A stretch of 64,000 nucleotides of DNA, taken from assembly GCF_004010195.1 (NCBI RefSeq), contig NC_057718.1:5416325-5480324 (forward strand), written 5' to 3'. Under the pieces are notes generated by a model. It did no database searches. It was not told where the DNA came from and was given only the letters and a program-made list of their open reading frames with translations. Of the stretch, positions 25,050 to 37,750 are shown piece after piece. The number at the start of each line of letters is the position of its first letter. Position 1 is the first letter of the stretch. Origin of the DNA: Chiloscyllium plagiosum. Taxonomy: Eukaryota. The position numbers and the translations under genes were made by a program.

Positions 25050-25734
25050 AACAATACCAGAGTGACTCTGGTATTGTTGCAGTTTGAAGATTTGTCACAC
25101 TAGATGCTATCCTCAGGACTGCGAACAGCAGTGCAGGAAGTGAGAGAAGGGAATTAAATACAATTACTTTTATATGTTTGCTACATTTGGTTCCTCTGTG
25201 TCATGGGTTTATAATTGTCATGTCCCAGAATGAAGGGGATTGTTCCAGCTGCAGATTTAATTATCAACTTTTACAGTCAATCAGATGCCAAATGAATCTT
25301 TTCTAAATGATACTGGAAACATTCCCAGTCCAATGTAGTCCTGCAATAATACAACAATTATATTGATAGCAATGCATGTACAAATCATTCAGGAGCACTT
25401 TAGCTCCTCTTGTTTATCCACCACATATGAAGAACTGCTGTGACTACTGGGATGCATAGAAATGAGCTAGCAATGGGCCAAGACATCTATATGATGATGA
25501 ACAAGCAATCTGTTGATGTTATTTTTTGTTGGCCATTGAAGGAGCTGGATTCCCCTGACAACACTGACTTTTCTTGACATTGTAGTTTTGCCATCTGCCC
25601 TCGCCTTGGTTCATTTGCTGGTGAAACCCTCAAGCATATATTTGCTACTTCCACGCTGACTATTCCAACCCATTCTGGACAAGCCTCCCTCCTTCTAGCC
25701 CTCATAAATGAGAGGGAACCCAAAACCCTGCCGT

Positions 25735-27263
25735 CTATAATGAAACATTTGCAACAATCTTCAGCCAGAAGTGCCAAGTGGATAATACATTGCGGCATCT
25801 TCCAGAGCTCCCCAACATTACAAGTGCCAGACTATAGCCAATTCAATTCACTCCATGTGATATCAAAAAGCAGTTGGAGGCACTGGATACTGCAAAGGCT
25901 ACAAGCCCTGACAACATTCCAGCAACAGCACTAAAAACCTGTGCTCCAGAATGAGCCACATTCCAAGCCAAGCTCTTCCAGTCCAGTTGTAATACTGGCA
26001 TCTACCTAACGAAGTGGAAAATTGCTCAGGATTGTCCTGTACATAAAAAGCAGGACCAATCCAACTTGGCCAATTAGTGTTCCATCAGTCTACTCATGAT
26101 CATGGGTAAAGTGACGGAAGAGGTAATCAATGGTGCGATCAAGCAGCACCCGCTCTGCAATAGCCTGGTCAGTAATGTCCAGTTTGGGTTCTGCTAGGGC
26201 CACTCAGCTCCTGATCTCATTACAGCCGTGGTTCCTATGTGGACAAAAGAGCTGAATTCCAGAGGTGAGATTAAGAAAGACAGCCTTGATATGAAGGCTG
26301 CATTTGACCGAGTGCGGCATCAAGGAGCTGTGGCAAAACTGGAATCAATGGGACTCATGGGAAAGCTCTCTGGTGGTTGGAGACATACCTGACTCATTGG
26401 AAGATGGCTGTAATTGTGGAAGGTTAGTCATGTCAACTCCAGGGCATCTCTGCTGGAGCTCCTCAGGGTGGTATCCTAGGACCAACCATCTTCAGCTGCT
26501 TGGTCAATGGCCTTCCTTCTATCATAAGGTCAGAAGTGGGATGTTCACTGATGATTGCACAAAAATCATTGCCATTCACGACTCCTCAGTTACAGAAGTA
26601 GCCCATGTTCAAATGCAACAAGATCTTGGTCATATCTAGGCTTGGGCTGAAAAGTGGCAGGCTTGGGCGGCATGGTGGCACAGTGGTTAGCACTGCTGCC
26701 TCACAGCACCAGAGACCCGGGTTCAATTCCCGCCTCAGGCGACTGACTGTGTGGAGTTTGCACGTTCTCCCCGTGTCTGCGTGGGTTTCCTCCGGGTGCT
26801 CTGGTTTCCTCCCATAGTCCAAAGATGTGCAGGTTAGGTGAATTGGCCATGCTAAATTGCCCGTAGTGTTAAGGAAGGGGTAAATGTAGGGATATGGGTG
26901 GATTGCGCTTCGGCGGGTCGGTTGTTGGACTGAAGGGCCTGTTTCCACACTGTAATCTAATCTAATCTAATATTGATGCCAATCCCATGACCACCTCTAT
27001 TTAGAAGAACCCCACCCCCTGGATTTTCCCCTCCAAGCCACTCACCATCCTGACTTATAAATATATCATCGTTCCTTCTGCGTAACCCAGATCAAAATCC
27101 TGGAATTCCCTCCCTCAGGGCATTATGGATCAAGTTATAGCAGGTGGACTTCAGTGGTTCAAGAAGACAGCTCATCACTACCTTTTCAGGGGCAATTAGG
27201 GATTGGTAGTATATGCTGGCCCAGCCAACAATGCCCAAGTCCCATGAGAGTGAATAAAAAAAA
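25735..27263 (+). mobile_element. CR1-group LINE (same family as 2710-4132), interrupted by a SINE and deleted internally
   Basis: RT motifs (KATSPDNIPA, QFGF..GHSAPDLITA, MFTDDC); 3' end cccatgagagtgaataaaaaaa. Confidence 0.85.
26665..26971 (+). mobile_element. Young full-length HE1/V-SINE-type SINE
   Basis: A/B-box head, body and (taatc)n tail; near-identical to 24735-25049. Confidence 0.95.
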
Positions 27264-27296
27264 TGTCTTGCACACAAGTCCAACTCACCCATCAAC

Positions 27297-27580
27297 CCTC
27301 ACAGCGCCAGGGACCCAGGTTCGATTCCAGCCTTGGGCAACTGTCTGTGTAGAGTTTGCATGTCCTCCCCATGTCTGCATGGGTTTCCTCTGGGTGCTCC
27401 GGTTTCCACCCACTGTCCAAAGATGTGCAGGTCAGATGAATTAGCCATGCTAAATTGCCCATAATGTTAGGTGCATTAGTCAGAGGGAAATGGGTCTGGG
27501 TGGATTAATTTTCAGAGGGTTGGTGTGGACTTGTTGGGCCGAAGGGCCTGTTTCCACACTGTGGGGGAATCTAATCTAAT
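27297..27580 (+). mobile_element. HE1/V-SINE-type SINE (subfamily shared with 52075-52360)
   Basis: cagcgccagggacccaggttcgattcc...ggtgcattagtcagagggaaa...aatctaatcta. Confidence 0.9.
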
Positions 27581-27635
27581 ATTTTCAAAAGCCATGCTTA
27601 CTGATTATACTGACTGCTAGTTGACCAATGTATTA

Positions 27636-28862
27636 AATTGAATTGAATTGAATTGAATTGAACTTATTGTCACATGTACTGAGACACAGTGAAAAGCTTT
27701 GTCTTGTGAGCAATACAGGCAGATCACAGAGTTATGTAGCGTAGATAAGTAAATAATAGGTAAACAGCGGCAAAAACCAGACACAGGTACAGGCGAAAGC
27801 TAAGAGTTTCTGAGTCCATTCAGTATTCTAACAACAGTAGGGTAGAAACCGTTTCAAAACCGGCTGGTGCGTGTGTTCAGGCTTTTGTACCTTCTCCCCG
27901 ATGGTAGAGGTTGTAGAAAAACATTGCCAGGGTGGGATGGATCTTTGAGAACGCTGGCGGCCTTTCCTTGACAGCGGGCCTGGTAGATGGATTCTATGGG
28001 AGGTTGGCCTTTGTGATTGTCCGGGCCAAGTTCACCACTCTCTGTAACCGTCTCCGATCTTAAATGGTACAGTTGTCATTACCAGGCAGTGATACATCTA
28101 GACAGAATGCTCTCGGTGGTGCACCTATAAAAGTTGGCGAGGGTATTCACCACCGTGCCAAATTTTCTCAGCTGCCTGAGGAAGAAGAGACATTGTCAGG
28201 CCTTTGTAACCAGTGCATCCACATGAAGAGTCCAAGAAAGCTTGTTGTTGATGACCACTCCCAGGATCTTGACACTCTCCACTCATTCCACCTCTGTGTT
28301 GTTTAAGGTGTAGGGGGACATGAGTAATATTCGGCCTAAAGTCAATACTGAGTTACTTGGTTTTGCTGGCATTGAGAGCTAGGTTGTTCTCAGGAATCAT
28401 TTCTCCAGGTCTTCCACCTCCTTTCTGTCATCTGTTTTGTCGCCATCTGAGATTCGACTGACTATAGTGGTGTCATCAACGAACATGTAAATGGCATCAG
28501 TCTGGTATTTGCATGGATATACAGTGAGTACGGTATGGGGCTGAGTACGCACCCCTGGGGGGAGCGGGGGGGGAGGCTCCAGTGTTGAGTGTTAGTGAGG
28601 ATGAAGTATTATCCCCAATCTTCCCTGATTGTGGCCTTTGGGTCAGGAAACTGAGGATCCAATTGCAGAGAGTGGGGTTTAGTCCGAAGTGTTGAAGGCT
28701 GAACTGTAGTCAATGAGTAGGATTCTTACATAGCTGTTCTTGGTGTCAAGATATTCCAGGGAGGAGTGAAGGGCAAGTGACATGGCATCTGACATGGATC
28801 TGTTGGTCCGATAGGCAAATTGGAGTGGTCAAGAGTAGTGGGGAGGCTGGAGTTGAGAAGTG
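27636..28862 (-). mobile_element. Rex1/Babar non-LTR retrotransposon 3' portion
   Basis: Minus-strand motifs [44 protein letters not shown]; (ttcaa)n tail at 27636-27662. Confidence 0.88.
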
Positions 28863-29279
28863 GCAGCTTTCTCCCCATATGCATCTACAGTGTCACCCCT
28901 CCTAGTCTCTGTAATCTCCTACAGCCCCACAACTCTCTGTTATACCCTTTGTACATCCCAGATTATAAAGAGCTCACCATCACCATCTATGTCACAAACC
29001 AGATAAAGAGGCAGATAGCTTCATTATTTGGTGACGTGGGTTCAAGCTTCACCACAGCAAATGGTGAAATTGGGATTCAATAGATAAAAGAAATAAAATG
29101 TGAATGCAACGATAACCATGTAACTGTTGTCGATTGTCATCAAAACCTGTCAGACTGAGCCCATCAAGTCTCCTCCAACATTCGATGAGATCATGGCTGT
29201 TCTGATAACCTTCAACTCCACTTTTCTGTCTTTTTCCTCATAACCCTTGGATGAGAGATTATGGTTTAGTCAAGGCATT

Positions 29280-29560
29280 GGAGGTGATTCCCGGGAATCT
29301 TACCACATTAAAACCTGGGATGAGTGGGTTGTTTTATGTGGAAGGATTGGACAGGCTGGGGCATGCTTGCATTGGATTTTCAAAGAGCAAGATCAAAATA
29401 TACAAGACCCTGGACAGTTTTGACAAAGTGGACTTAGAAAAGATGTTTCCTCCCACGGGCAAGTCCACACCTGAGGACTCTTTCAAAATTAGGAATTGCA
29501 ATTTTAGGACAGAGAGGAAGGGAATAGTTTTCTCTCAGAGGATTGTGTGTTTTCAGGACT
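29280..29560 (+). mobile_element. CR1 3' ORF2 fragment (continues ~30045-30230)
   Basis: PGMSGLFYVEGLDRLG...KIYKTL...FSQRIV. Confidence 0.7.
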
Positions 29561-29574
29561 TTTGTGTTTTTGTT

Positions 29575-30045
29575 TAAATGATGAGGACATCGCTGGCTAG
29601 GCCAGCATTTATTGACCATCCCTAATTGCCCAGAAGGCAGATAAGAGTCAATCAATTGCTGTGGGTCTGGAGTCACATGTAGACAAGACCAGGTAAGGAT
29701 GGCAGCTTCCTTCCCAAGAAGAGATTAGTGAATCAGATTTATTTTTTCCGAAACAATGAACAACAGAGTTATGCTCATTATTAGATTCGTAATTCCAGAT
29801 CTTTTCCCCCTGATTGAATTCAAACTCAATCACCTGCCACAGTGGGATTTGAATCTACACCCCCCAGAACACTATCTGGGTCAGTAGATTGACAGAGATA
29901 ATAACATGGGTAAATGTAGGGGAATGGGTCTGGGTGGGTTGCTTTTCAGAGGGTCGGTGTGGACTTGTTGGGCCGGAGGGCCTATTTCCACACTGTAAGT
30001 AATCTAATCTAATCTAATCGAAACACTAGGCCTTAACCTGCCTCA
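29575..30045 (-). mobile_element. tRNA-derived SINE sharing its 3' tail with the 25735-27263 LINE family; interrupted by an HE1 3' fragment (29906-30018, +)
   Basis: gagtcaatcaattgctgtgggtctggagtcacatgtag...ggtaaggatggcag core, also at 36960, 45080 and 49480. Confidence 0.8.
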
Positions 30046-32979
30046 GATGACATTTTACGGGATGTCATTGAATATTTTCAAGGTAGAGGTAGATAGCTTG
30101 TTTTGAGGCAGGGGAATCAGAGATTATAGGGGCACATGGGAATATAAAACTCAAAGCACTCCACCATGAGCTTATTGAATGGTGCAGCAGATTTGATGAA
30201 CTTAAACTGCCTACTTCTGTTCGCAATTCAAATGTACACAGGTTTGATTGGATCCAGTTAGAACAATTGAGAGCTGAGGGATTACAGTTAAATAGACATT
30301 TGATTGAGGTTTTAAAATCACTTTAGATGAAGTAAATACTTCCAGTAGCTAAAGGGGCAATAACCAAGTGACACAGATTTAAGGTGATTGACAAAGAACC
30401 AAACAGCGATGTTAAATAACCTTTTTTATCCAACAAACTAGGATGTGGAATGTACTGACTTGCAAGGCAATGGATTCAGTTTTAAGTGTATATTTTAAAA
30501 TTGTATTACGTAAATACTGGAAGTGAAAAGAATTGCTAGGATATGGAGATTGGGACTAAATAGGGGATTGTCCTTTGAGACCACAAATATAGACTTAATG
30601 GGTCAAATAGCCTCTTTCTGTACTGCTCTACTACCTGGTTTTATGAGTTTATATCATTGAATTGGATTCTGTTTTGTAAGATCTTCCGGAGCCAGGAGGA
30701 ATCTTGCAATGATGTCATAGAAATGCACAATACTGGGTCTAAATAACACAGAGTGGGCAGAGTTAGAACATTCTGGATGACTCACTTGACCATATGAATG
30801 TTACCACACAAAGTTCTTACTTAATGTACTATCAACCAGAGCCTGGCATATATACAGTTACAATTTATAGGGTATTCAACTTTAATTTATAATGATGTTA
30901 CTTTGAAGGTGAAGCTTGAAGTCAGTTCTTGACTTTGTCTTCTCCACAACCAGTCTGTTTTGATCTCAAATTCATTGTGTGGCATCAAGCTACTTATAAA
31001 AGAGATTCTAGTGAAGAGAGTGTAGGAGAATAAGATGGAGTCATTCTATTTACGCAAAGGGCAATAGAATTACAGACAGAAATAGAGTGAAGTAAGTGAA
31101 GTCAAGATCAATCAAAAGGATTTGACTCATTTGTCCCAGTATCCTTTCTGTGTTCTGAAATGATAGTATCTCTTTCCATCTTAGTTTTGCTGTTGTTAGA
31201 AACAAGTGATGATTAGCATTCTGGGTGGTCAGGCAATGTGGCTGGGTGAGGTTTTGTCAAAATATCATTGGCGCATGAGGGGAATATGAGAAAACTACAG
31301 TCTGTTCATTAGAATGATGTGCAGGAGAAAGGAGAATTCCCAGGGGGATATGCTTTGCAATACATTGCTGAACCTTCATTAGCATTGTCCCCAGGGGGGA
31401 CATTGGCCATTGTTTGGCATCTGAAAAAGTGAAAAGCTGTGCTTATATAGAATCTGTCACAGTTTTCAGATGTCTAATTACACTTCACGGGCAATGTGAC
31501 ACTTCCAAAGTTTATTTTGAACAGTAGCAATACAAGGAAATAAGACGAGCAGTTCACATGTTAAAACATCTGCTGAAAGTGCACAGCAAGATCCCAAAGA
31601 CAGAATTTCTGTTTTCTGATTATCCATGCGGTCTGCTGTGGTGTTATCCATCATCAGGATGACAGACGATCTGTCTCCAGTTGTCGAGATTTAAGTAAAT
31701 CTCGTTGTCATTTGACTCAGTTCAGAAACGTGTGTTATGTGATTATGCGACAGACATATTAAAGTGTGGAATAAGATATAGCGTTTTTAATTGAATTAAT
31801 TTTTTTTAGATTTAATTAATATTGGCACTTGTACCTAGGTACCGTGAAAAGTGTATAATGTCATCACGTTGCGGTGCCATCTTGGATTAAGAATAAATCA
31901 CTGAATAAATTGCACAAATGGTGAAATACTGAATAAATTAATATTAAGTTGATACTATTAAAGCTAAAATAGCTTCAAATGTTCATTAAATCCACCTTGG
32001 TTTTATTCATTTCCAACCAGTAGAACATGTCCATCGATTGTTCTAACAGGACAAATGATGGATTTAGAGAAAGTCGACTTGCACCACACCATTGGTGCTG
32101 GAAGAATTAAATGGGCAAAAAAGGGCTGCCTATTCATAGTGATTGGTTTATCTTTAAAACTTAAGGATTGACTCTCAGAGTGAGGCATCTCACCGCCACC
32201 TTCTCAAAGCCAATTAAGGAGTGGGTAACAAATGCCAGTCTTGCCAGAAATACTCACAACCCGTGAAAGAATAAATTGAAACAAACTTAACCAAACTTCC
32301 TTCAAACCTACTAACCAACCAAGCTCTCCATTACACTCTTTCTGTCCCTTTGTGGATCCTTTCTCTCTACCATTAGCTGCCATCTTTTTAGTTACTTAGG
32401 ACACACTCTCTGGAATGCCCAAGAAATGATTTCCAGCATGTGTGCAATCAAGATATTCCTGCACCTTCAGATTCCTGAAGGCAAGGCAAAGACAAACTGC
32501 ATCTAACTGCAGCAGATACTTGGGGTTTGTACTGACTGTGTTAACATCAAGGTATTCAATCTATTGCAGTTCATGTTTGGTACTGACCCAAACCGGAAGG
32601 CTGTAGATTAAAGTCCTGTGGACATTAGTGCCTTCAGACGCAGGAGGACACAACTATGTTTTCCCACCACTGGGTGCACCGCTGAAAAGTGCATGAACAA
32701 AGCAGTCCACATGACTGTCACAAGTTTGCCAGTTGTTTGCCCCCTTAAGCATTCACCTCCTCCAATGTTGGCACATTGTAGCAGCAGTGTGCACCAATTG
32801 AAAGATGCACTACAGCAATACGCTCAAGAGTGTTTGGCAGCAGCTCCCAAAGCTGGTAATCTCTGCCACATAGAAGGACACCCAAAACATTGACTTCTCC
32901 ACCTCCTGATCATGCCTGGCTTACTGTGTTTTTCCAGCCTCCTGCCTGTCTACTTTGGATTCCAGCATCTGCAGTTTTT

Positions 32980-33230
32980 TTTTGTCACTAGCCTAGAAGG
33001 GCAAGGGTAGCAGATACATGGAAAGACCACTATCCAAGTTCTCCTCCAAGCCACTCACCATCCTAACTTGAAAATGTATCGCTGTTGCTTCAGTGCTGTC
33101 AAGTCACAATCCTGAAATTTCCTCCCACAGGGCATTGTGGATCTATCAAGAAGGCAGCTCCCTATCACCAACTATGGGGTAATTTGGGATGGGCAATAAA
33201 TTCTGCTTAGATAGTAAAGCTGACAGCACC
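32980..33230 (+). mobile_element. CR1-group LINE 3' fragment, preceded by a PLE terminal fragment (~32880-32985)
   Basis: ctccaagccactcaccatcct...gggatgggcaataaa. Confidence 0.75.
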
Positions 33231-33705
33231 AGTACAAATTATTTTTGAGTTGCTGAGTATTGGGCATGACTATGAAACAATGCCTTGTCAATTAATGCAA
33301 AATTGAGTTTGTGAAAAGTTTCTGAGGAATATAGAATGGTGTACTGCATAAAGGCAAGTTTCTCTTGGTTAATAGATAAGAACCCTTCAAAAAACAGTTC
33401 AAGGGGTAAGAATCCCTTTCCTAAAGAATTCCTGTTTGTTAGAGTTTCTCTTTAAACACAATGGGTAAAATCCAAACACCATCCAATCGATTCCCAGAGG
33501 ACAGTTGCAAATGAGAAGTGAACTTTCTGTAACATCAGATGCAGATTCCAAAGGGCACTGCCATTAATTCTATTTTCCTGAGTCACTGGCGAAGAACTCT
33601 AAATGTAGACATTCATCTGGATGCACGGATGGTGTTAGAGGGAACTTGAAGGTGAGAGAAAAAACATTACAAAAATATACATCTTTCATCAGTGCACAGT
33701 AATTC

Positions 33706-33915
33706 TTCGCCATAGCAACACTTCCCCATAGCAACGCCTCCTTGCTAACCCATTACTGCGGATGCATTAACTTTAAGCCATGAGATGTGACATACAATGG
33801 AACTGGCAAACACAATCAGATACAAATTGCATCCTGAGTCTGCGAGAGACTGTATTCTGGGAACACTAATTCACTATAAATAAAAATATTGATGGGAATA
33901 TCCCCCATTTCGGGA
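33706..33915 (+). promoter_or_regulatory. Candidate cis-regulatory cluster: two RFX X-box-like sites, STAT GAS, TATA, NF-kB
   Basis: TTCGCCATAGCAAC 33706, TTCCCCATAGCAAC 33722, TTCTGGGAA 33855, TATAAA 33875, GGGAATATCC 33894, all in non-repeat sequence. Confidence 0.35.
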
Positions 33916-34189
33916 AGAGCTTGGTGATAATTCTAAATAATGATTAACCCCAGGAAGGGAGGGAGTTGTTAACCCGTCAAGGAACCTCCTCTGCACGAAC
34001 AACATTTAGAAGGCAGCAGCTATTTCGAAGAGAAATCTTCACATAAACATCAGGAGCTTAGCTTTTACGATGGAAATTCTTTGTGTGAGTAAAAGGAAAG
34101 AAAACCTATAAGGCATTTCACGGCCGGAATTTACTGTATTGCATTTAAAGTAAATTCACTGTTGAAGAGTAGGGAAAAGTAACTATCAA

Positions 34190-34440
34190 TTTGCAAGGAT
34201 CAATTTGGTGAGATAATGAATGGTCACTGGTGGTGATGAAGGAAAATTTTTGAACCAGATAACTTGGTGAGAATTCTCTTCTCTTCTTCTAATACATCCA
34301 TAGGATCATTCATAATGCAAGCGGGGCCTCTGTTGATCATTTTAACTAAGAAATGTCACTTCTGGAGATACAACTCCCTCCCTGAGAGTGTTGGCCTTGC
34401 TTAAATATTTAAATCATGGAAAATGTTAGATAGCAACCTC
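34190..34440 (-). mobile_element. Highly decayed Deu-domain SINE
   Basis: gagaattctcttctcttcttc...ccataggatc...ggggcctctgttga resembles the reverse Deu core. Confidence 0.5.
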
Positions 34441-34936
34441 CGGTGTTAGCTCTGTATTTTTAGACTCTTTCTGCTGCATCAGTGAACATATTCCGTCAGA
34501 TAAATATTAAGACCGCAGATGCTGTAAGGTAAACTTCTGGACTGTGGTTCAAAGACCACTGCTGCAACCGAGCTGAGGCTGATGCTGAATCTATGTTTTT
34601 CTCTCTTCTTTGTTCAATTATTTATGTTCCTAGGAATGATCTCCTTCCCCCCTCACATTTAGATCATATCAAGTGGCTTGGGGGCAGTGATGTAGAATGA
34701 GGTGGAAAGAAGCCTCAGAACACAGAGCAGGTGAACCATTTGGAAACTCTTTACACTTACTGTACCTTGGGTTGGAAAGTTTTTCTGGAGTAAAGTTCTG
34801 CTCAGAATTATACCAAGTCTTCCCAAGGGTTTTGCATATTGTAGAAAACAATTGCAGCATGTTTGCTATCCATTATTTTCAATATTATTTTTGTGACCCA
34901 ATATTAAATAATGAATTTCACTCAATTAGAGTAATG

Positions 34937-35330
34937 GAGTCATAGAGATATACAGCATGGAAACAGACCATTCAGTCCAACTTGTCCATGCTAACCAGAT
35001 GCCCTAGATTGATCTAATCCCATTTGCCAGCACTTGGCGCATATTCCTCTATACCCTTTCTATTCAGATAACCATCCAGAGATGCATTTTAAATGTTGTA
35101 ATTGTACCAGCCTCCACCACTTTCTCTGGCAGCTCATTCCATCTCAAACAGCAAAGGCAGTAGATTCACTGCTGTGTCAGACAGCAGTGTAAGTTTCTCT
35201 CTAGGGTTTGGAGGGATATGGACCAGGTGCTGGCAGGTGGAACTAGATTGGGTTGGGATATTTGGTCGGCGTAGAGGGGTTGGACCAAAGGGTCTGTTTC
35301 CATGCTGTACATCCCTATGACTCTATGACA
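34937..35330. mobile_element. Two CR1 3' ends in opposite orientation (34937-35140 minus; ~35200-35330 plus)
   Basis: gagtcatagag tail at left, ctatgactctatga tail at right. Confidence 0.8.
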
Positions 35331-35639
35331 CTGACCATGTGGTCTCTACCTTTACCTCTCTTCCTTTTAAAAGTGCGATTGTTTTGATCTTTTTTTTTCA
35401 CCAAAGTTCCAAAACAATGCAACAGTTTAGAAAACGGCAATTACTGCTCCTGGAATTTGAGGAAATCAGTTCCAATTCCTAAAATACCTCAAAAAAGGAG
35501 CAGCTCTTACAGCCACAATATTTTCCTTTCTTCCATTCTCAAGCTCTACATCTTCAGAGGAATTTATTGGTCTCAGAATAGATACAGCACAGATTTATCA
35601 GAATCGCCCTTGGAATCAGGATGAAGTTCATAAGATGTT

Positions 35640-36105
35640 AGAAATTTATAAGATTGTGAACCCTGGTGGAAGTTTATAAGATAGTGACTGGCAGGGATAG
35701 AGTGAAAAGTATGAGGCCTATTCCCAGGGTCGAGGTGTCAATGACTAGGGGAAACAGGTTCAAGGTGTTGGAGCGGAAGTTTAAAAGAGATTTGTGAGAC
35801 ACATTTTTCATACAAATGGTGGTGAGTGCCTGGAACGCGCTGCCAGATGAGGTGGTAGAAGCAGACACAATGGCAGCATTCAAGAAGCACCTTGATGAAT
35901 GCATGAATAGGAAGGGAATAGAGGGATGTGGATCCTGGAAGTGAAGATGGTTTTAGTACAGAAGGGCAAAATGCGTCAGCACAAGCTTTGTTCTGTAGGC
36001 AGGAGGCCATTCAAAAAGGTGACAGGATTGAGGCACACATCGGCATGATCTAATAGGATGCTGGAATAGATTGAAGGGGCTGAATGACTTTAGCCTGTTC
36101 CCCTA
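35640..36105 (+). mobile_element. CR1 3' fragments
   Basis: VVSAWNALPDEVVEADT motif; gggctgaatgactttagcctgttcc tail. Confidence 0.8.
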
Positions 36106-36959
36106 ACAGGGGTCCAGGTAGATTCTTTTCCTTGCGGGTCGAGATAGCTGAACAAGAAGAGCTGACCATTGCCACAGGAATAATGATAGAACATTCCAGA
36201 AAGCACTGCAAAGAAAATTCTGATTTGTGATAGTTTATCCTGGAATTGAAATCCAAAGAAGAAAAAGGCTGTGCAACGAATCCTGTGTTAATGCATCTAT
36301 AGGAAGTATTGTAATTATTTTCTATTTGTAAATCGCAAGAAAATTGTGTTAGCAACTAAAGCAGAGGTATCCACCGAGTTTCAAAAATAATTACCCACCC
36401 TTCTACAATAGAAAACACTTCCATTCAAAATGTAATTTGCTTTATTTATGATTTGTGCCATGTTTCTTTCCTTCTCAGATCTTTAATTGACATATTTTGC
36501 TGCCAAACCGTATTTCTCACCATTGAGAGACTGAAATGTCAAATTTAATCGTAACATTGAGGTTGACTAAGAGCACTTCTCTCTTGCCCACGTGGTGCAG
36601 CTAAGTGCTTTTAGAAACACCTTAACTTGACCGTAATGATCATATAATACAGAAATGGGTCTTATTACCAGCCTGGAACTTGAAGACTCCAAAAGAAAAA
36701 CAGGCAGTGAACTGCCAGCACAGCAAAAGAGAGTTTTAAAAGTATTAAATCTGGAGTTAACATTTCAGAGCACAGCCTGAAAGGTCACAAACTTGAAATG
36801 TTGATTCTATTCCTCTCTTCACAGATGCTGTTATTTGAATATTTCCAGCATTTTCTCCTTTCATTTCAGATCTCCAGCATCCGCAGTGTTCTGATTTTGC
36901 ATTATGAATGAAATAAATGTGTGAATGCCCACATTTAATCTCAGAGGGCCAAAGTTAAG

Positions 36960-37320
36960 GAGAAGCAATGACCAAGTGGTATTATTGCTGGACTCTTAAC
37001 CCAGAGACCCAGCTCATGTCCTGGGGGCCTGAGTTCCAATCTCACCATAGCAGGTGGTGGAACTTGAATTCAGTAGAAACTGGAATTAAGACTAAGAATT
37101 AATCTATAATGACTGGGAATTGATTGTTGAAAAGCCCATTTGGTTCACTGATGTCCTTCAGGGAAGAAAACTGCCTTCATTATCTGGTCTGGCCAACATG
37201 TGACTACAGACCCACAGCAAAGTGGTTGACTCTTAACTGCCCTCTGGGCAATTAGGGATGGGTGATAAATGTTGGTCTAGCCAGCAATACCCTCATTCTG
37301 TGAATGATTTTTTTTTAAAA
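36960..37320 (+). mobile_element. tRNA-derived SINE with LINE-shared 3' tail (family of 29575)
   Basis: agtggtattattgctggac...tggttcactgatgtccttcagggaag...gggcaattagggatggg. Confidence 0.85.
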
Positions 37321-37389
37321 AATCAATTGACATTTGCTAAACATCAGCATTTTCCTTTTGACTCTCATTTTCCTGCTGACTTAACTAGC

Positions 37390-37750
37390 TTTTTTTTAAA
37401 TTCACTCCTGGGATATGGGCATTACTGGTCATGCCAACATTATTGCCCATCCATTCTTCAGAAAGTGGCGGTGAGCTGCCTTCTTGAACCAATGCAGTCC
37501 ACGTGCTGTAGGTTGAACCACAATGCTGTTCGAGAGGGAAGTCCAGGATTCTGACCAAGTTACACTGAAGGAGCGGTAGTATATTCCCCAGTCAGGGAGG
37601 TAACAGACTTGGAGGAAAATTTGCAGGTCCTGGTGTTCCCATGTATCTGCTGCCCTTGTCCTTCTAGATGTTTTGGAGGGTGCTGTCTAAGAATCTTTGG
37701 TGAATGCCTTTGGCACATCCAGTAGATTGCATACACTGCTGCTGCTAGTT
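37390..37750 (-). mobile_element. CR1-group LINE 3' fragment
   Basis: ggtgagctgccttcttgaacc...gtatctgctgcccttgtccttctag. Confidence 0.8.

Noticed and set aside
31326..31402. Two EBF/COE-like cccagggg motifs
   Set aside because: Imperfect matches with no supporting context
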